A DNA stretch of 64,000 nt, taken from positions 4,350 to 68,349 of the forward strand of contig JBAYHJ010000004.1 in NCBI GenBank assembly GCA_041666225.1, written 5' to 3'. The position numbers and the translations under genes are program-made. Shown piece after piece: positions 37,796-47,070 of the stretch. Under the pieces are notes generated by a model. It had not been told where the DNA came from. It saw only the letters and a list, made by a program, of their open reading frames with translations, and ran no database searches. The first letter of the stretch is position 1. Each line of letters begins with the position of its first letter. Source of the DNA: Minisyncoccota bacterium (lineage in GTDB: Bacteria > Patescibacteriota > Minisyncoccia > Phycocordibacterales > UBA9973).

Positions 37796-38122
37796 TTATT
37801 GTGTCATATTTCCAACATTGTAGTTCCCTGTATCGTTTACATTAATTTTTTCTTCTCCAACGGTATTCAGGATCAAACTCATGATGCCAAAGACTGAAAT
37901 CATTATAAACATTCCTATTACTCCCCAAAGCATATGGTCCTTACTGGTCTTTCGTATCTCTTCATTATCAGGTGATAATAAATACTTTAGAAGTCCATAG
38001 AGAAAATAAACCACCGCAAGCGCAAACAATAATACAATGAGAGGGTTTATAATAACCCTATCTATACTTTTCATTAAAGTAGTGATACTTGCTTCAGCTA
38101 TTGGTATAATCTGGAACATCAT
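37796..38122 (-). CDS. VirB2/TrbC-like pilin-fold small membrane protein, paralog 1
   Basis: The pattern is TM helix, then YF/W-G..KY..SPDNEEIRKTSKD, then a second TM helix ending ..FG. This pattern is shared with four neighbouring genes. Confidence 0.4.
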   Translation of the reverse strand: MMFQIIPIAEASITTLMKSIDRVIINPLIVLLFALAVVYFLYGLLKYLLSPDNEEIRKTSKDHMLWGVIGMFIMISVFGIMSLILNTVGEEKINVNDTGNYNVGNMTQ

Positions 38123-38131
38123 AAATAATTA

Positions 38132-38533
38132 TTAACAAGTAATACCTGCATTTGGGTTAGGAATACAAGGAATATCCCTTGGATCTAATTGTTCAGGTCC
38201 AACTCCAAATGTACTTGTAATAAGTGATAAAATACCCCAGAAAGCAACTATGATAAACAAGCCGATAAGACCTTGGATGATTTTACCACGAGCACCCTTC
38301 TTTGCTTCTTCATCTGTTGAAACAGTATATTGAATAACTCCCCAAATAAAGTAAACAACAGCAAGAGTTATAAGTACTGGAATAACATAAGCCAATAATT
38401 GAGCAATATCTCTAAAAATAGTAAAAGCATTTACATCATCTGCTGCTAAAACCAACATAGGAGAAACAACTCCCAAAACTGCCCCAACCGAAATAATTTT
38501 TTTCATATAATTTATTTTTAATAATAAAAACAA
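38132..38533 (-). CDS. VirB2/TrbC-like pilin-fold protein with signal peptide, paralog 2
   Basis: A signal peptide (MKKIISVGAVLGVVSPMLVLA|ADD) is followed by ..AVVYFIWGVIQYTVSTDEEAKKGARGKIIQGLIGLFIIVAFWGILSLITSTFG. The start is likely the MKKI Met at about 38506. Confidence 0.45.
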   Translation of the reverse strand: MFLLLKINYMKKIISVGAVLGVVSPMLVLAADDVNAFTIFRDIAQLLAYVIPVLITLAVVYFIWGVIQYTVSTDEEAKKGARGKIIQGLIGLFIIVAFWGILSLITSTFGVGPEQLDPRDIPCIPNPNAGITC

Positions 38534-38614
38534 TTCTTATAATATCGTCTTTTTTACCGACCAAAGTGAAAAAGACACTTACCTTTACAAACCTTATTAT
38601 ATCATACAATAATC

Positions 38615-39046
38615 TTATTGTGGAAGCTGTGGAATTGTATTTGTAAGGCCAAATGTTCCAGTAAGAATAGCTACCAATCCCCACATTGAAAGCATTACAA
38701 ATAAAGCGATCAATCCACCAATAATAAAACTCTTGCCCTTCTTTCTTTTCTCTTCATTGTCAGGATTCAAATAAAACTGAATAACTCCCCAGATAAATGC
38801 AGCAGTCGCAAGTGCAAATAAAAATGGCACTACTGTTTTAAGTAAAAAACAACTCGCCCAGTTCACAACACCTGTGATATCTTTCAAACTATTACCAGCA
38901 CAAACACTTTGTGTGGTAGTTGTAGTTGGAGCTGCATTTGCAACACTTGGCACTATCCCCATGGAAGTTATCATCAGCACTCCTACGATAATAAAACTAC
39001 TAAATAAAACTAATTTTTTCATACGTTTTTTCTTAATATTAAACAT
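38615..39046 (-). CDS. VirB2/TrbC-like pilin-fold protein with signal peptide, paralog 3
   Basis: A signal peptide is followed by a Thr-rich linker and ..AAFIWGVIQFYLNPDNEEKRKKGKSFIIGGLIALFVMLSMWGLVAILTGTFG. Confidence 0.45.
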   Translation of the reverse strand: MFNIKKKRMKKLVLFSSFIIVGVLMITSMGIVPSVANAAPTTTTTQSVCAGNSLKDITGVVNWASCFLLKTVVPFLFALATAAFIWGVIQFYLNPDNEEKRKKGKSFIIGGLIALFVMLSMWGLVAILTGTFGLTNTIPQLPQ

Positions 39047-39052
39047 AATATT

Positions 39053-39514
39053 TTATGTTGTACTTGTAATATCGACCACTGTCTTCTGAATCGCTTCAGC
39101 AATAACAAACGCTCCCAATAACAACGCTGCCCCTATCAAGGTATACACAAGGGCCTTTTTTGCCTTCGTCAGCTTTTCGGAATTGCCTGAAGCCGAAACA
39201 AAAAGGAAACCAGTGTAAATGATAGCGAGAGCAACAATAGGAATACCAACAACAAGAACGATATTTATGAGAGCTTTTATAAAAGAAGGAATATCTTGAA
39301 TATTATCACCTAGGGGGTTGTGAATAGCAGTGTTGATGTTTGTGCCAGGAGTAGAACCAGTATCACCAGCATCAACACAAGGTTGTTCACCGGCTCCACC
39401 ACAAGCATTCACAAATAAAACCGGAGTAACCAACATAAAGGCAAATACAATCACAAAACTATATTTTAAAATACTCGAGAGTAAACTATATTTTTTCTTT
39501 TTTAGAATTTTCAT
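39053..39514 (-). CDS. pilin-fold paralog 4 (more divergent)
   Basis: It shares the N-terminus MK.LK.KKYS.LS..LKYSFV with the 456-aa neighbour. The C-terminus has a hydrophobic helix, then SGNSEKLTKAKKAL, then a second hydrophobic helix. Confidence 0.35.
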   Translation of the reverse strand: MKILKKKKYSLLSSILKYSFVIVFAFMLVTPVLFVNACGGAGEQPCVDAGDTGSTPGTNINTAIHNPLGDNIQDIPSFIKALINIVLVVGIPIVALAIIYTGFLFVSASGNSEKLTKAKKALVYTLIGAALLLGAFVIAEAIQKTVVDITSTT

Positions 39515-39535
39515 ATTTTATAAAATTAATAATAA

Positions 39536-40906
39536 TTAAAGTATCAAAAAAGCATCTTTTGGATCAAAACCAAGTGTTGCCAATAATGTCTTTACAATGA
39601 GCCATGCAGCCAAAGCAATCAAGTATCCAATGATAACATTTTTGAAAATCTTTTTTGCTTTGTTAATATTTTCTGAGCTCCCCATATCACTTAAATATAA
39701 CCATCCGACATATACAAGGATGAGGGCAAAAAGAGGTGTAGCCATAGTAATAAGTAAAAAGTTTATAACTCTATTAACTCCGGCCAATAATACATTGAAG
39801 TTACAAGGATTTTTAAATCCTCCACTTGTAGTATCCACTTCCGTATTACATATTGGAACTAAGCCTTTAAATTTTATATCACCAGTTGTTGGTGTTATAA
39901 TATTTCCTCCTCCTGATGTAGGTGTACAAGTAGGATAATCAGTCGCTCCATTTAAACAAGTACCCGAAATTGTAGTAACAGTAAATATGCTTGGGTTTAG
40001 ATTACTCGTATCTCCAGAATATGTATTTGCGGATGTTTTTATGGTGATTTTTCCACTTGTCGCTCCCTCTGGAACTTTGACGGTAATCTTATTGGCAGTA
40101 TTGGTAGTCGTAACAGTATTTGTCGTATTAAAAAGTACACTGCTTACATTGTTGAAATTGCTACCATCAATTGTGATAACATCACCTACTTTTCCAGAAG
40201 TTGGAGTGAAACTTGTTATCTTTGGACTCATGATAGGCATACTATTTTCAATAAGAACCGAAATAGTATAATTTTTTGTCGAGCCATTTCCAGCTGTAAC
40301 GACGTAGGTAACATTGTTGGTGAAGTTTTTTGCAACACCAGAGGCTGGATTTACTGTGGCTTCACTAGATACGCTAATCGTAGGAACTAAGGCTGTGATG
40401 TTGGTTCCATAAGGTACAGTTAAGATAACTGAATTTGCCCCGATAAAACCAGTTACAACAGGATTAAAATTTAAAAAATCAAAAGAAATAATATCTTTGG
40501 CAGATGAAGTTGAAGCAGGGGTTAAAAAAGTCGTAGTCCCTACAGAGCCACTTGTTCCTGTATACATAACTCCCGCTCTATATTCACCTGATGGGCTTAA
40601 TCCAGTAAAAGTAGAACTGGCTGTGCCGAGGTTACTACTCAATACAGAAAAAGATTGATCATAATTGGGAGTATTACCTACCTCAATTACTCGAATGATC
40701 ACAGTAGCATCAGGAGTAAGACCTTCTGCTGATATGTGTGCTGTCGTTGGAGTAATATTTGAACTCGTCATCGTTACTGCGGCTAAGGATAGTTTAGGAT
40801 ATACAAAAAAACTTGAAAAAATCATAACTCCAGTAAGAACACCAACAAAACTATATTTCAAAAAATTTGATAAGATACTATATTTTTTTGTTTTTAAAAA
40901 TTTCAT
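39536..40906 (-). CDS. large Ser/Thr-rich surface protein with an IPT/TIG-like domain fused to a C-terminal VirB2/TrbC-like pilin module; candidate pilus adhesin
   Basis: 456 aa. A signal/TM N-terminus is followed by Ig-like repeats (..SPKITSFTPTSGKVGDVITIDGSNF..). The C-terminus ..YVGWLYLSDMGSSENINKAKKIFKNVIIGYLIALAAWLIVKTLLATLG matches the paralog motif. Confidence 0.4.
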   Translation of the reverse strand: MKFLKTKKYSILSNFLKYSFVGVLTGVMIFSSFFVYPKLSLAAVTMTSSNITPTTAHISAEGLTPDATVIIRVIEVGNTPNYDQSFSVLSSNLGTASSTFTGLSPSGEYRAGVMYTGTSGSVGTTTFLTPASTSSAKDIISFDFLNFNPVVTGFIGANSVILTVPYGTNITALVPTISVSSEATVNPASGVAKNFTNNVTYVVTAGNGSTKNYTISVLIENSMPIMSPKITSFTPTSGKVGDVITIDGSNFNNVSSVLFNTTNTVTTTNTANKITVKVPEGATSGKITIKTSANTYSGDTSNLNPSIFTVTTISGTCLNGATDYPTCTPTSGGGNIITPTTGDIKFKGLVPICNTEVDTTSGGFKNPCNFNVLLAGVNRVINFLLITMATPLFALILVYVGWLYLSDMGSSENINKAKKIFKNVIIGYLIALAAWLIVKTLLATLGFDPKDAFLIL

Positions 40907-40912
40907 ATTTGT

Positions 40913-42217
40913 CTATTTTTTAATTAAAACCTCAAGTTGACTTTGGGCCTTATTGACAGCTTCATATACTGATAACCTATTTGATAATATATTTTCGACT
41001 AATTCACTAAAAATAGTATCCGTCTTTATTTTGTCTGGATCAGGCCAAGATCTTGAAATAAGAGCTGAATTAAAAAATGTAAATAAGTAAGGATCATTGG
41101 GTTTATCGGCAAGTAGTGCACGTGAAGCAGGAGGCAGTGAAACTGATGTTGCGAAATTTTTAGCATTGTCTCCTAGGCTTAAATTACTTGCAATATTTAA
41201 AGCGGTAGAAATATTGGCGGATTTTTTATTGATAGCAATAGCATATATCTCTCCATATGTACGCTTGATAGTAGTATTTTTTATTTGTGGAATTTGAGTC
41301 ACATCAAAACTTAAATTAGGATTTAAAGATTCTATATTAAATAATTCACTTGCTCTACCTATATAAAAAGCAAGTTTTCCACCAGTAAACATATCCAAAG
41401 AACTAGGAAGAGATCTGTTCCAAGAATAAGCAGTATTTGAAGGATTAGAAAATTCCATAAAGAATTTAAAAACAGTAGCCACCGGAGAAACAGTCAATCC
41501 CAATGGATTAGAATTTAATACTGATAAATAAACTAAATCTGTCCCCTTTTTTACTATAGGATTGTTGTTCTGAATAAGTAATGTCGCAAGTATATCTTTG
41601 GCATTATTTAGATTTTCATATTGACCGAGAGCAATCATACTCTGAGTGATAGTGCCATTATTTTCTTTCTTGGTTAAAGTTGAATTGAGAGTAAATAATT
41701 CATCCCAACTGGCAGGTGGAGAAACAATCGCTTCATTTGATAAAATATCTTTATTATAATACAAAACCATAGGGTCTACGACAAGAGGAAAACCTAAAAC
41801 CCCTTCACTGTCAGTATAAATATCGGCTCCATCTACAAACGAATCTATAAAAGTTTTTTGTTTGTAATCTGTATAAGGAATTTTATATAAAAAATTTATA
41901 TCTTTTTGAATCTGATCTGAAGTTATGATGAATAAATCAGGGCCCACTCCATTTGCAAAAGCCTCGATAAGATTTTGTTGATAAGTAGCAGGATCTTTAC
42001 TTACATAACTTAAACTCAAATCTCTATTGGCTGATCTAATATTATCAAGAATTTTTGACATCGAAGAACTAGGAAAAGTTCCCCAAATTACAACCTTACC
42101 TTGAAGGCCATTGTCTACTGTCGATCCTGGAATTTTAATTAGTCCAGAAAATATCAAAACACCAAAAACAAAGAAAGAGAGAAAGATTGCAATTAAAATT
42201 GTCTGAAAATTACTCAT
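40913..42217 (-). CDS. membrane-anchored extracellular solute-binding protein (SBP family 1-like); no permease or ATPase partner in the window
   Basis: 434 aa with an N-terminal TM anchor, then a domain with ..GFPLVVDPMVLYYNKDI.. and ..WDELFTL.. typical of MalE-like SBPs. Confidence 0.45.
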   Translation of the reverse strand: MSNFQTILIAIFLSFFVFGVLIFSGLIKIPGSTVDNGLQGKVVIWGTFPSSSMSKILDNIRSANRDLSLSYVSKDPATYQQNLIEAFANGVGPDLFIITSDQIQKDINFLYKIPYTDYKQKTFIDSFVDGADIYTDSEGVLGFPLVVDPMVLYYNKDILSNEAIVSPPASWDELFTLNSTLTKKENNGTITQSMIALGQYENLNNAKDILATLLIQNNNPIVKKGTDLVYLSVLNSNPLGLTVSPVATVFKFFMEFSNPSNTAYSWNRSLPSSLDMFTGGKLAFYIGRASELFNIESLNPNLSFDVTQIPQIKNTTIKRTYGEIYAIAINKKSANISTALNIASNLSLGDNAKNFATSVSLPPASRALLADKPNDPYLFTFFNSALISRSWPDPDKIKTDTIFSELVENILSNRLSVYEAVNKAQSQLEVLIKK

Positions 42218-42737
42218 GTTTAAAAATTATACCATAATGGTGTGGACTTGTGGAGATATCTTCCATAAATTCAAAGCCTCTTTTTTCAAATAAAACTCTA
42301 GCCATACTTTCAGTGACGACATTTTCTGTGGTTGGACCCATACTACCAAATGATTCAGCCCAGTCTATCAATAAAACCCTCCCACCTTTTCGAAGAACGC
42401 GACTTGCTTCATCTATCAATCCAAGTTTATCTTCGGCTTGAAACAAAACATTGGAAATAATTACCGCATCCATACTATGGTCAGATATTTTTGTCCCACC
42501 ACGTTTTTCTATGTCACCCCAAATACAATCTACATTTGTAATTCCCCAAGATTTTAATTCACTTTCAAGTTTGGTTAGCAATCCTTTTTGAACTTCAATA
42601 GCATATACTTTTCCAGAATATCCAACGCGAGAACTCGCCGCCTTAGAATAAAAACCTGTGCCTGCACCAAAGTCTGCTACACGCATTCCTTCTTTTAATC
42701 CTAATTGTAAAATATTTTGTTCTGGATTAGTAAACAT
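42210..42737 (-). CDS. class I SAM-dependent methyltransferase (small, UbiE/SmtA-like)
   Basis: ..VADFGAGTGFYS.. (motif I) and ..GGRVLLIDW.. (motif III). Confidence 0.6.
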   Translation of the reverse strand: MFTNPEQNILQLGLKEGMRVADFGAGTGFYSKAASSRVGYSGKVYAIEVQKGLLTKLESELKSWGITNVDCIWGDIEKRGGTKISDHSMDAVIISNVLFQAEDKLGLIDEASRVLRKGGRVLLIDWAESFGSMGPTTENVVTESMARVLFEKRGFEFMEDISTSPHHYGIIFKHE

Positions 42738-42779
42738 GTATTTATATTATATCACATCTAAAAATTAAAAACTTTATTT

Positions 42780-45251
42780 TTACAAAAATGTAATTGAGGC
42801 AATATTGTCCCCAGCACGAAGCTTCATAACTGTCACCCCTTGTGTCTGACGTCCTGAAGTAGGAATAGAATCCAAAGAAACTCTTATAACTTGACCTTTC
42901 TGTGATACTGCTATTATTTCACTTTCGTCTTTAACTATCTTAGCTACTATCAATTTTCCTGTTTTAGGTGTGACTTTAGCTGTTTTTATTCCTGAACCTC
43001 CACGTTTTTGAACTTTATATTCTTTTATATTTGTTTTTTTACCAAGACCATTTGAAGAGAGAGTAAGAATAGAAGATGAGTTTTCTCCCTTTGGAATTTT
43101 ATCAACTCCAATTACAAAATCATTCTTGGCTAATTTGATGGCTCGAACTCCTCCCGCACTTCGGCCCATCTCGCGAACATCTGTTTCTTTAAATCGGATT
43201 GATTGACCCAGAGTTGTTGCAAGCATCACATCATCACCTTTCGAAATTGCTAGAACTGCCTGAAGCTCGTCGTCGCTATCTAATTTGATAGCAATCAAAC
43301 CACTTCTTCTGACATCTTTAAAGATCTCGGCGGCAACTTTTTTAGTTATACCCATTTTCGTTACCATCATCAAATTTTCAACTGTCTTTTTTGTTTCTTT
43401 ATCAATTGGCAATATAGAAGTAACTTTTTCTTCCGCCCCCAAAGATATGAAATTCATGATGGATTTACCTTTTGTCGCACGCTTACCTTCTGGAATATCA
43501 TACATTTTTATTTGATAGGCTTTTCCAAGATTAGTAAAGAACAATAAATCACTGTGCGTATTTGCCGAAACAAGCATCGTCACAAAATCTTCATCTTTTG
43601 GTTCAATATCTATGACACCTACACCTCCACGTTTTTGGGCTCGATATTCGCTTGGGTCTGTACGCTTCACATAACCCCCTTTGGTAAAGACAAGGACAGA
43701 TTCTTTTTCTGGAATAAGATCTTCTTCGTTGATAGCTTTTACTCCTCCTTTAATTATACGAGTTCTTCGTATGTCACTGTATTTTTCTTTTATATCAATA
43801 AGTTCATCACCGATGACTTTCAACATTTTCTTTGGACTTGCAAGTAAAGCTTCAAGTTCTTTGATCAATTCTTGTTTTTCTTTTAATTCAAGTTCAACAT
43901 TTTTACGTTCAAGTCCAGCCAATTTCTGAAGTTTCATCTCCAAAATAGCTGTCGCTTGAATATCTGAAAACTTAAACTCTTTCATTAAATTTAATTTTGC
44001 AACGGCTGTATCTTTTGATGCACGAATCACAGAAATAACTCTATCAATATGATCAAGCGCTTTTTTCAAACCAAGAAGTATATGCTCTCGATCTTTTGCT
44101 TTTCGTAAATCAAATTCAGTACGACGTCGTACAACAATGACACGATGAGAAATAAATTCTGAAAGTAAACTCTTGAGTGACAATGTCTGAGGCACACCGT
44201 CCACAAGAGCCACAATATTGAAATTAAATGATTGCTCAAGTTGAGTGTGTTTGTAAATATAATTTAAAACTTTTTGTGGAATAATTCCACTTTTTAAATC
44301 TATGACGATGCGAATATCTTTCGTAGATTCATCTCGAAGCCCTTTTATCCCTTCAAGTTTCTTTTCTTGAATAAGTGAGGCAATCGCTTCAATAAGAGTT
44401 GACTTATTTACACGATAAGGAATAGAGGTAATTATTATTTGAAATGTTTCACTTTTTTGCTCTACAATTTCTGCCTCTCCTCGAGTAACTACTCCACCAC
44501 GGCCGGTTGAATAAGCATGAATCAAATCAGCTTGGCCATAGACAATACCTCCAATAGGAAAATCTGGCCCTTTAATAAATTGCATTAGATCTTCTGTAGT
44601 AGCATCTTTATTATCTATAAGATGAATTGTCGCGTCGATAACCTCTGATAAGTTATGTGGCGGAATATTTGTCGCCATCCCAACAGCGATACCAAGCGTG
44701 CCATTTAAAAGTAAACTAGGAACTGCGGTAGGAAGAACAATAGGTTCTTTGTGTGTTTGATCATAGTTGGGACGAAAATCTACGGTTTCTTTTTCAAGGT
44801 CTAGTAATAATAGTGATGAAACTTTGGACATTCTTGCTTCTGTATAACGCAACGCAGCAGCACCATCTCCATCAATAGAACCAAAGTTTCCTTGACCATG
44901 AACGAGTGGATATCTATAAGAAAAATCTTGCGCCATACCTACCATCGTATCGTAAACTGCTACATCTCCATGGGGATGATATTTTCCGAGCACATCTCCA
45001 ACAATAGCTGCAGACTTTCGAAAACGAGCAGAGCTTGTAAGACCCATTTCACTCATTCCAAATAAAATTCTTCGATGAACTGGTTTTAATCCATCACGAA
45101 CATCAGGAAGAGCGCGATCGGTAATAACCGACATAGCGTAATCTATAAATGATTCTTTCATCTCTGTACTAATATCTACAGAGACAACATTGATGTGTTC
45201 ATTTTTTATTTCCCCTGCAGAAGCAGGCTTGTCTTCTTTTTCTTTTGCCAT
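42780..45251 (-). CDS. gyrA: DNA gyrase subunit A
   Basis: 823 aa with ..[21 protein letters not shown].. and an active-site Tyr region (..[11 protein letters not shown]..). C-terminal beta-pinwheel repeats are present. Confidence 0.9.
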   Translation of the reverse strand: MAKEKEDKPASAGEIKNEHINVVSVDISTEMKESFIDYAMSVITDRALPDVRDGLKPVHRRILFGMSEMGLTSSARFRKSAAIVGDVLGKYHPHGDVAVYDTMVGMAQDFSYRYPLVHGQGNFGSIDGDGAAALRYTEARMSKVSSLLLLDLEKETVDFRPNYDQTHKEPIVLPTAVPSLLLNGTLGIAVGMATNIPPHNLSEVIDATIHLIDNKDATTEDLMQFIKGPDFPIGGIVYGQADLIHAYSTGRGGVVTRGEAEIVEQKSETFQIIITSIPYRVNKSTLIEAIASLIQEKKLEGIKGLRDESTKDIRIVIDLKSGIIPQKVLNYIYKHTQLEQSFNFNIVALVDGVPQTLSLKSLLSEFISHRVIVVRRRTEFDLRKAKDREHILLGLKKALDHIDRVISVIRASKDTAVAKLNLMKEFKFSDIQATAILEMKLQKLAGLERKNVELELKEKQELIKELEALLASPKKMLKVIGDELIDIKEKYSDIRRTRIIKGGVKAINEEDLIPEKESVLVFTKGGYVKRTDPSEYRAQKRGGVGVIDIEPKDEDFVTMLVSANTHSDLLFFTNLGKAYQIKMYDIPEGKRATKGKSIMNFISLGAEEKVTSILPIDKETKKTVENLMMVTKMGITKKVAAEIFKDVRRSGLIAIKLDSDDELQAVLAISKGDDVMLATTLGQSIRFKETDVREMGRSAGGVRAIKLAKNDFVIGVDKIPKGENSSSILTLSSNGLGKKTNIKEYKVQKRGGSGIKTAKVTPKTGKLIVAKIVKDESEIIAVSQKGQVIRVSLDSIPTSGRQTQGVTVMKLRAGDNIASITFL

Positions 45252-45254
45252 ATG

Positions 45255-45584
45255 TTATTGATATTCAACTGGAATTAAATCTACTTGTTTTTCTGTTTCA
45301 ACTTTTGTTTTCATTTTTACTTCTTCTTGTTGCTTTGATGGTGATGATATCTTACCAACACTGGCTGTCACATTGTTATATGTATTTGAAAGTGTTTGAC
45401 CAAAAAGTGCAAATGGTTTTATATCTTCTTTTGTTTTTACGATAGTTTTATTATTGAATTTATGCCCCAAACTACTTATCCAAATAAGACAAACAAAAGA
45501 CATACAAATAATCAATGATCCAAAAAATATTTGCTTGCGTGTAGACTCCGGCTTAGATTGTAATTTTTTTATATATGTTCTCAT
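45255..45584 (-). CDS. hypothetical membrane-anchored protein
   Basis: The ORF is trimmed to the MRTYIKK Met so that it does not overlap the upstream gene. One TM helix. Confidence 0.35.
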   Translation of the reverse strand: MRTYIKKLQSKPESTRKQIFFGSLIICMSFVCLIWISSLGHKFNNKTIVKTKEDIKPFALFGQTLSNTYNNVTASVGKISSPSKQQEEVKMKTKVETEKQVDLIPVEYQ

Positions 45585-45600
45585 ACAATTAAATAAAAAA

Positions 45601-46227
45601 TTAATTTGATAATACGATAATTTCACCTTCACGACCAACTAACTCTTTTGCTTTTATTGTTAACTTTTCAATAGGAGTTACTTTTTCTTGTCCACCCTCT
45701 TTTAAGAATGCTTTTAATGTTTTCTCATCATAATCCATTGGAATAATTATTTTTGGTTCAAGAGATACAGCCAACTTGTAAGCTTCAGATGGATCCAATA
45801 AATCGTGATTACCGATAGGTACAAATAAAATATCAGGGCTTCCTATATCTCCACGAACTTCTGCTCCTACTTTATTATTAGACATACAACCCAAGAAACA
45901 AATTGAAATATTTTCAATGGAAAGAGAATATATCGTATTAATATATTTTTTTCCACCAATTAGAGTATTGGTCATTATTCCTTTTATAAAAATATCTTTA
46001 ATCTCATAATCCCCAGGACTATTGATTTCAAAAGGAACAGTTTCCCCATGTGAGACCATATCGAAACCATTATAGTCTGGATGATTAGTTGTAGAAAGTG
46101 CCATGTCTGAACCAAACCGAGAAACCTTAGCTCCAAATTTAGAATCTTTACTAATAGGATTAAAGGCTACAGTCAAACTGCCTTGTTGAATCTTGAAAAA
46201 CTGCTTACCTAAATATGTGATAATCAT
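45601..46227 (-). CDS. metallo-beta-lactamase-fold hydrolase-like protein
   Basis: 208 aa beginning ITYLGKQFFKI.. (resembling the ITYLGHSxF start of MBL-fold families). His/Asp residues are spread as in the UPF0173/MBL fold. Weak call. Confidence 0.35.
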   Translation of the reverse strand: MIITYLGKQFFKIQQGSLTVAFNPISKDSKFGAKVSRFGSDMALSTTNHPDYNGFDMVSHGETVPFEINSPGDYEIKDIFIKGIMTNTLIGGKKYINTIYSLSIENISICFLGCMSNNKVGAEVRGDIGSPDILFVPIGNHDLLDPSEAYKLAVSLEPKIIIPMDYDEKTLKAFLKEGGQEKVTPIEKLTIKAKELVGREGEIIVLSN

Positions 46228-46323
46228 AAGTATATTATATCAAATTTATATAAAAAAACAAAGTAAAAATATTAATTAAATACAAAAAAGTGGGTAATTT
46301 TACCCACTTTTTATAACTATTAA

Positions 46324-46842
46324 CTACTTACCTTCATTCTTGCCAAATTTGTCTCCCGCTTTTATTAAATCACTCCATTTTTTCTTATCATCAATCAATT
46401 GATTACGACTTGCTTTTAAGCTATCAAACAACTGGCTCATTTGTTTTGGAGAACCAGAAAGAACAACACCCGCAGCACCAAGTGATCCAAACAATATTTG
46501 TCCACCAGCTTGGATAATTCTAGCTGCCTTATATAATGCTTCTTTGCTAGGTTTTTCTTCATCTGCGAGTTTCTCTAATTCTTCTAATGATTTTAGAGCT
46601 TCTTCATAATCTTCTTTATGCACTTCCCTTCCTTTCCTATTTTCTTCATAACGAATTTCTCCTCTTTCAGTTCTATATGGTTCTCCTTCTTTGGACTCTA
46701 TTCTACTAGTACTAGAAGGTGAAACTCCTATCTTTGCTCTCATCATATTAGCTAAATCATGAGCTTCTTCTAAAGAAAGCTGGCTTTCTACTGCAGGTTC
46801 ATCTTTTTTGATTTCAGCACTTTGTATTTTATATTTTTCCAT
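46324..46842 (-). CDS. hypothetical charged protein
   Basis: 172 aa, E/K-rich, with no motif recognised. Confidence 0.35.
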   Translation of the reverse strand: MEKYKIQSAEIKKDEPAVESQLSLEEAHDLANMMRAKIGVSPSSTSRIESKEGEPYRTERGEIRYEENRKGREVHKEDYEEALKSLEELEKLADEEKPSKEALYKAARIIQAGGQILFGSLGAAGVVLSGSPKQMSQLFDSLKASRNQLIDDKKKWSDLIKAGDKFGKNEGK

Positions 46843-47030
46843 AGTTATTTTTTAATTGTTAATGTGTTAATTATACTTCAGTAGAACTGAATCGTCAATT
46901 TCGACATAAATTATTATAGTTCAATTTGTTGCAAAATATATCAATATATAGTATATTAATCGTATTATAAGCTCGGTTTGAAGGTTACCCCTTTTTGTGT
47001 TTAGTTTTGTAAACAAAGAGATCTTCAACT

Positions 47031-47055
47031 GTGCCGCGAGACGCGGTTTTTTTAG
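47031..47055 (+). promoter_or_regulatory. terminator-like hairpin (gtgccgcg-aga-cgcggttttttt) 15 nt upstream of the rpsA start; candidate leader/attenuator
   Basis: GC stem plus T7 on the plus strand immediately before the S1 gene. Confidence 0.3.
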
Positions 47056-47070
47056 TACTAAATTATAAAT

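Noticed and set aside
35998-42217. Calling the envelope island a conjugative or type IV secretion element
   Set aside because: Only pilin-like substrates are present. No VirB4, VirD4 or VirB6 ATPase or channel genes, relaxase or integrase occur in the window, so a secretion-system call is not supported from this sequence alone.
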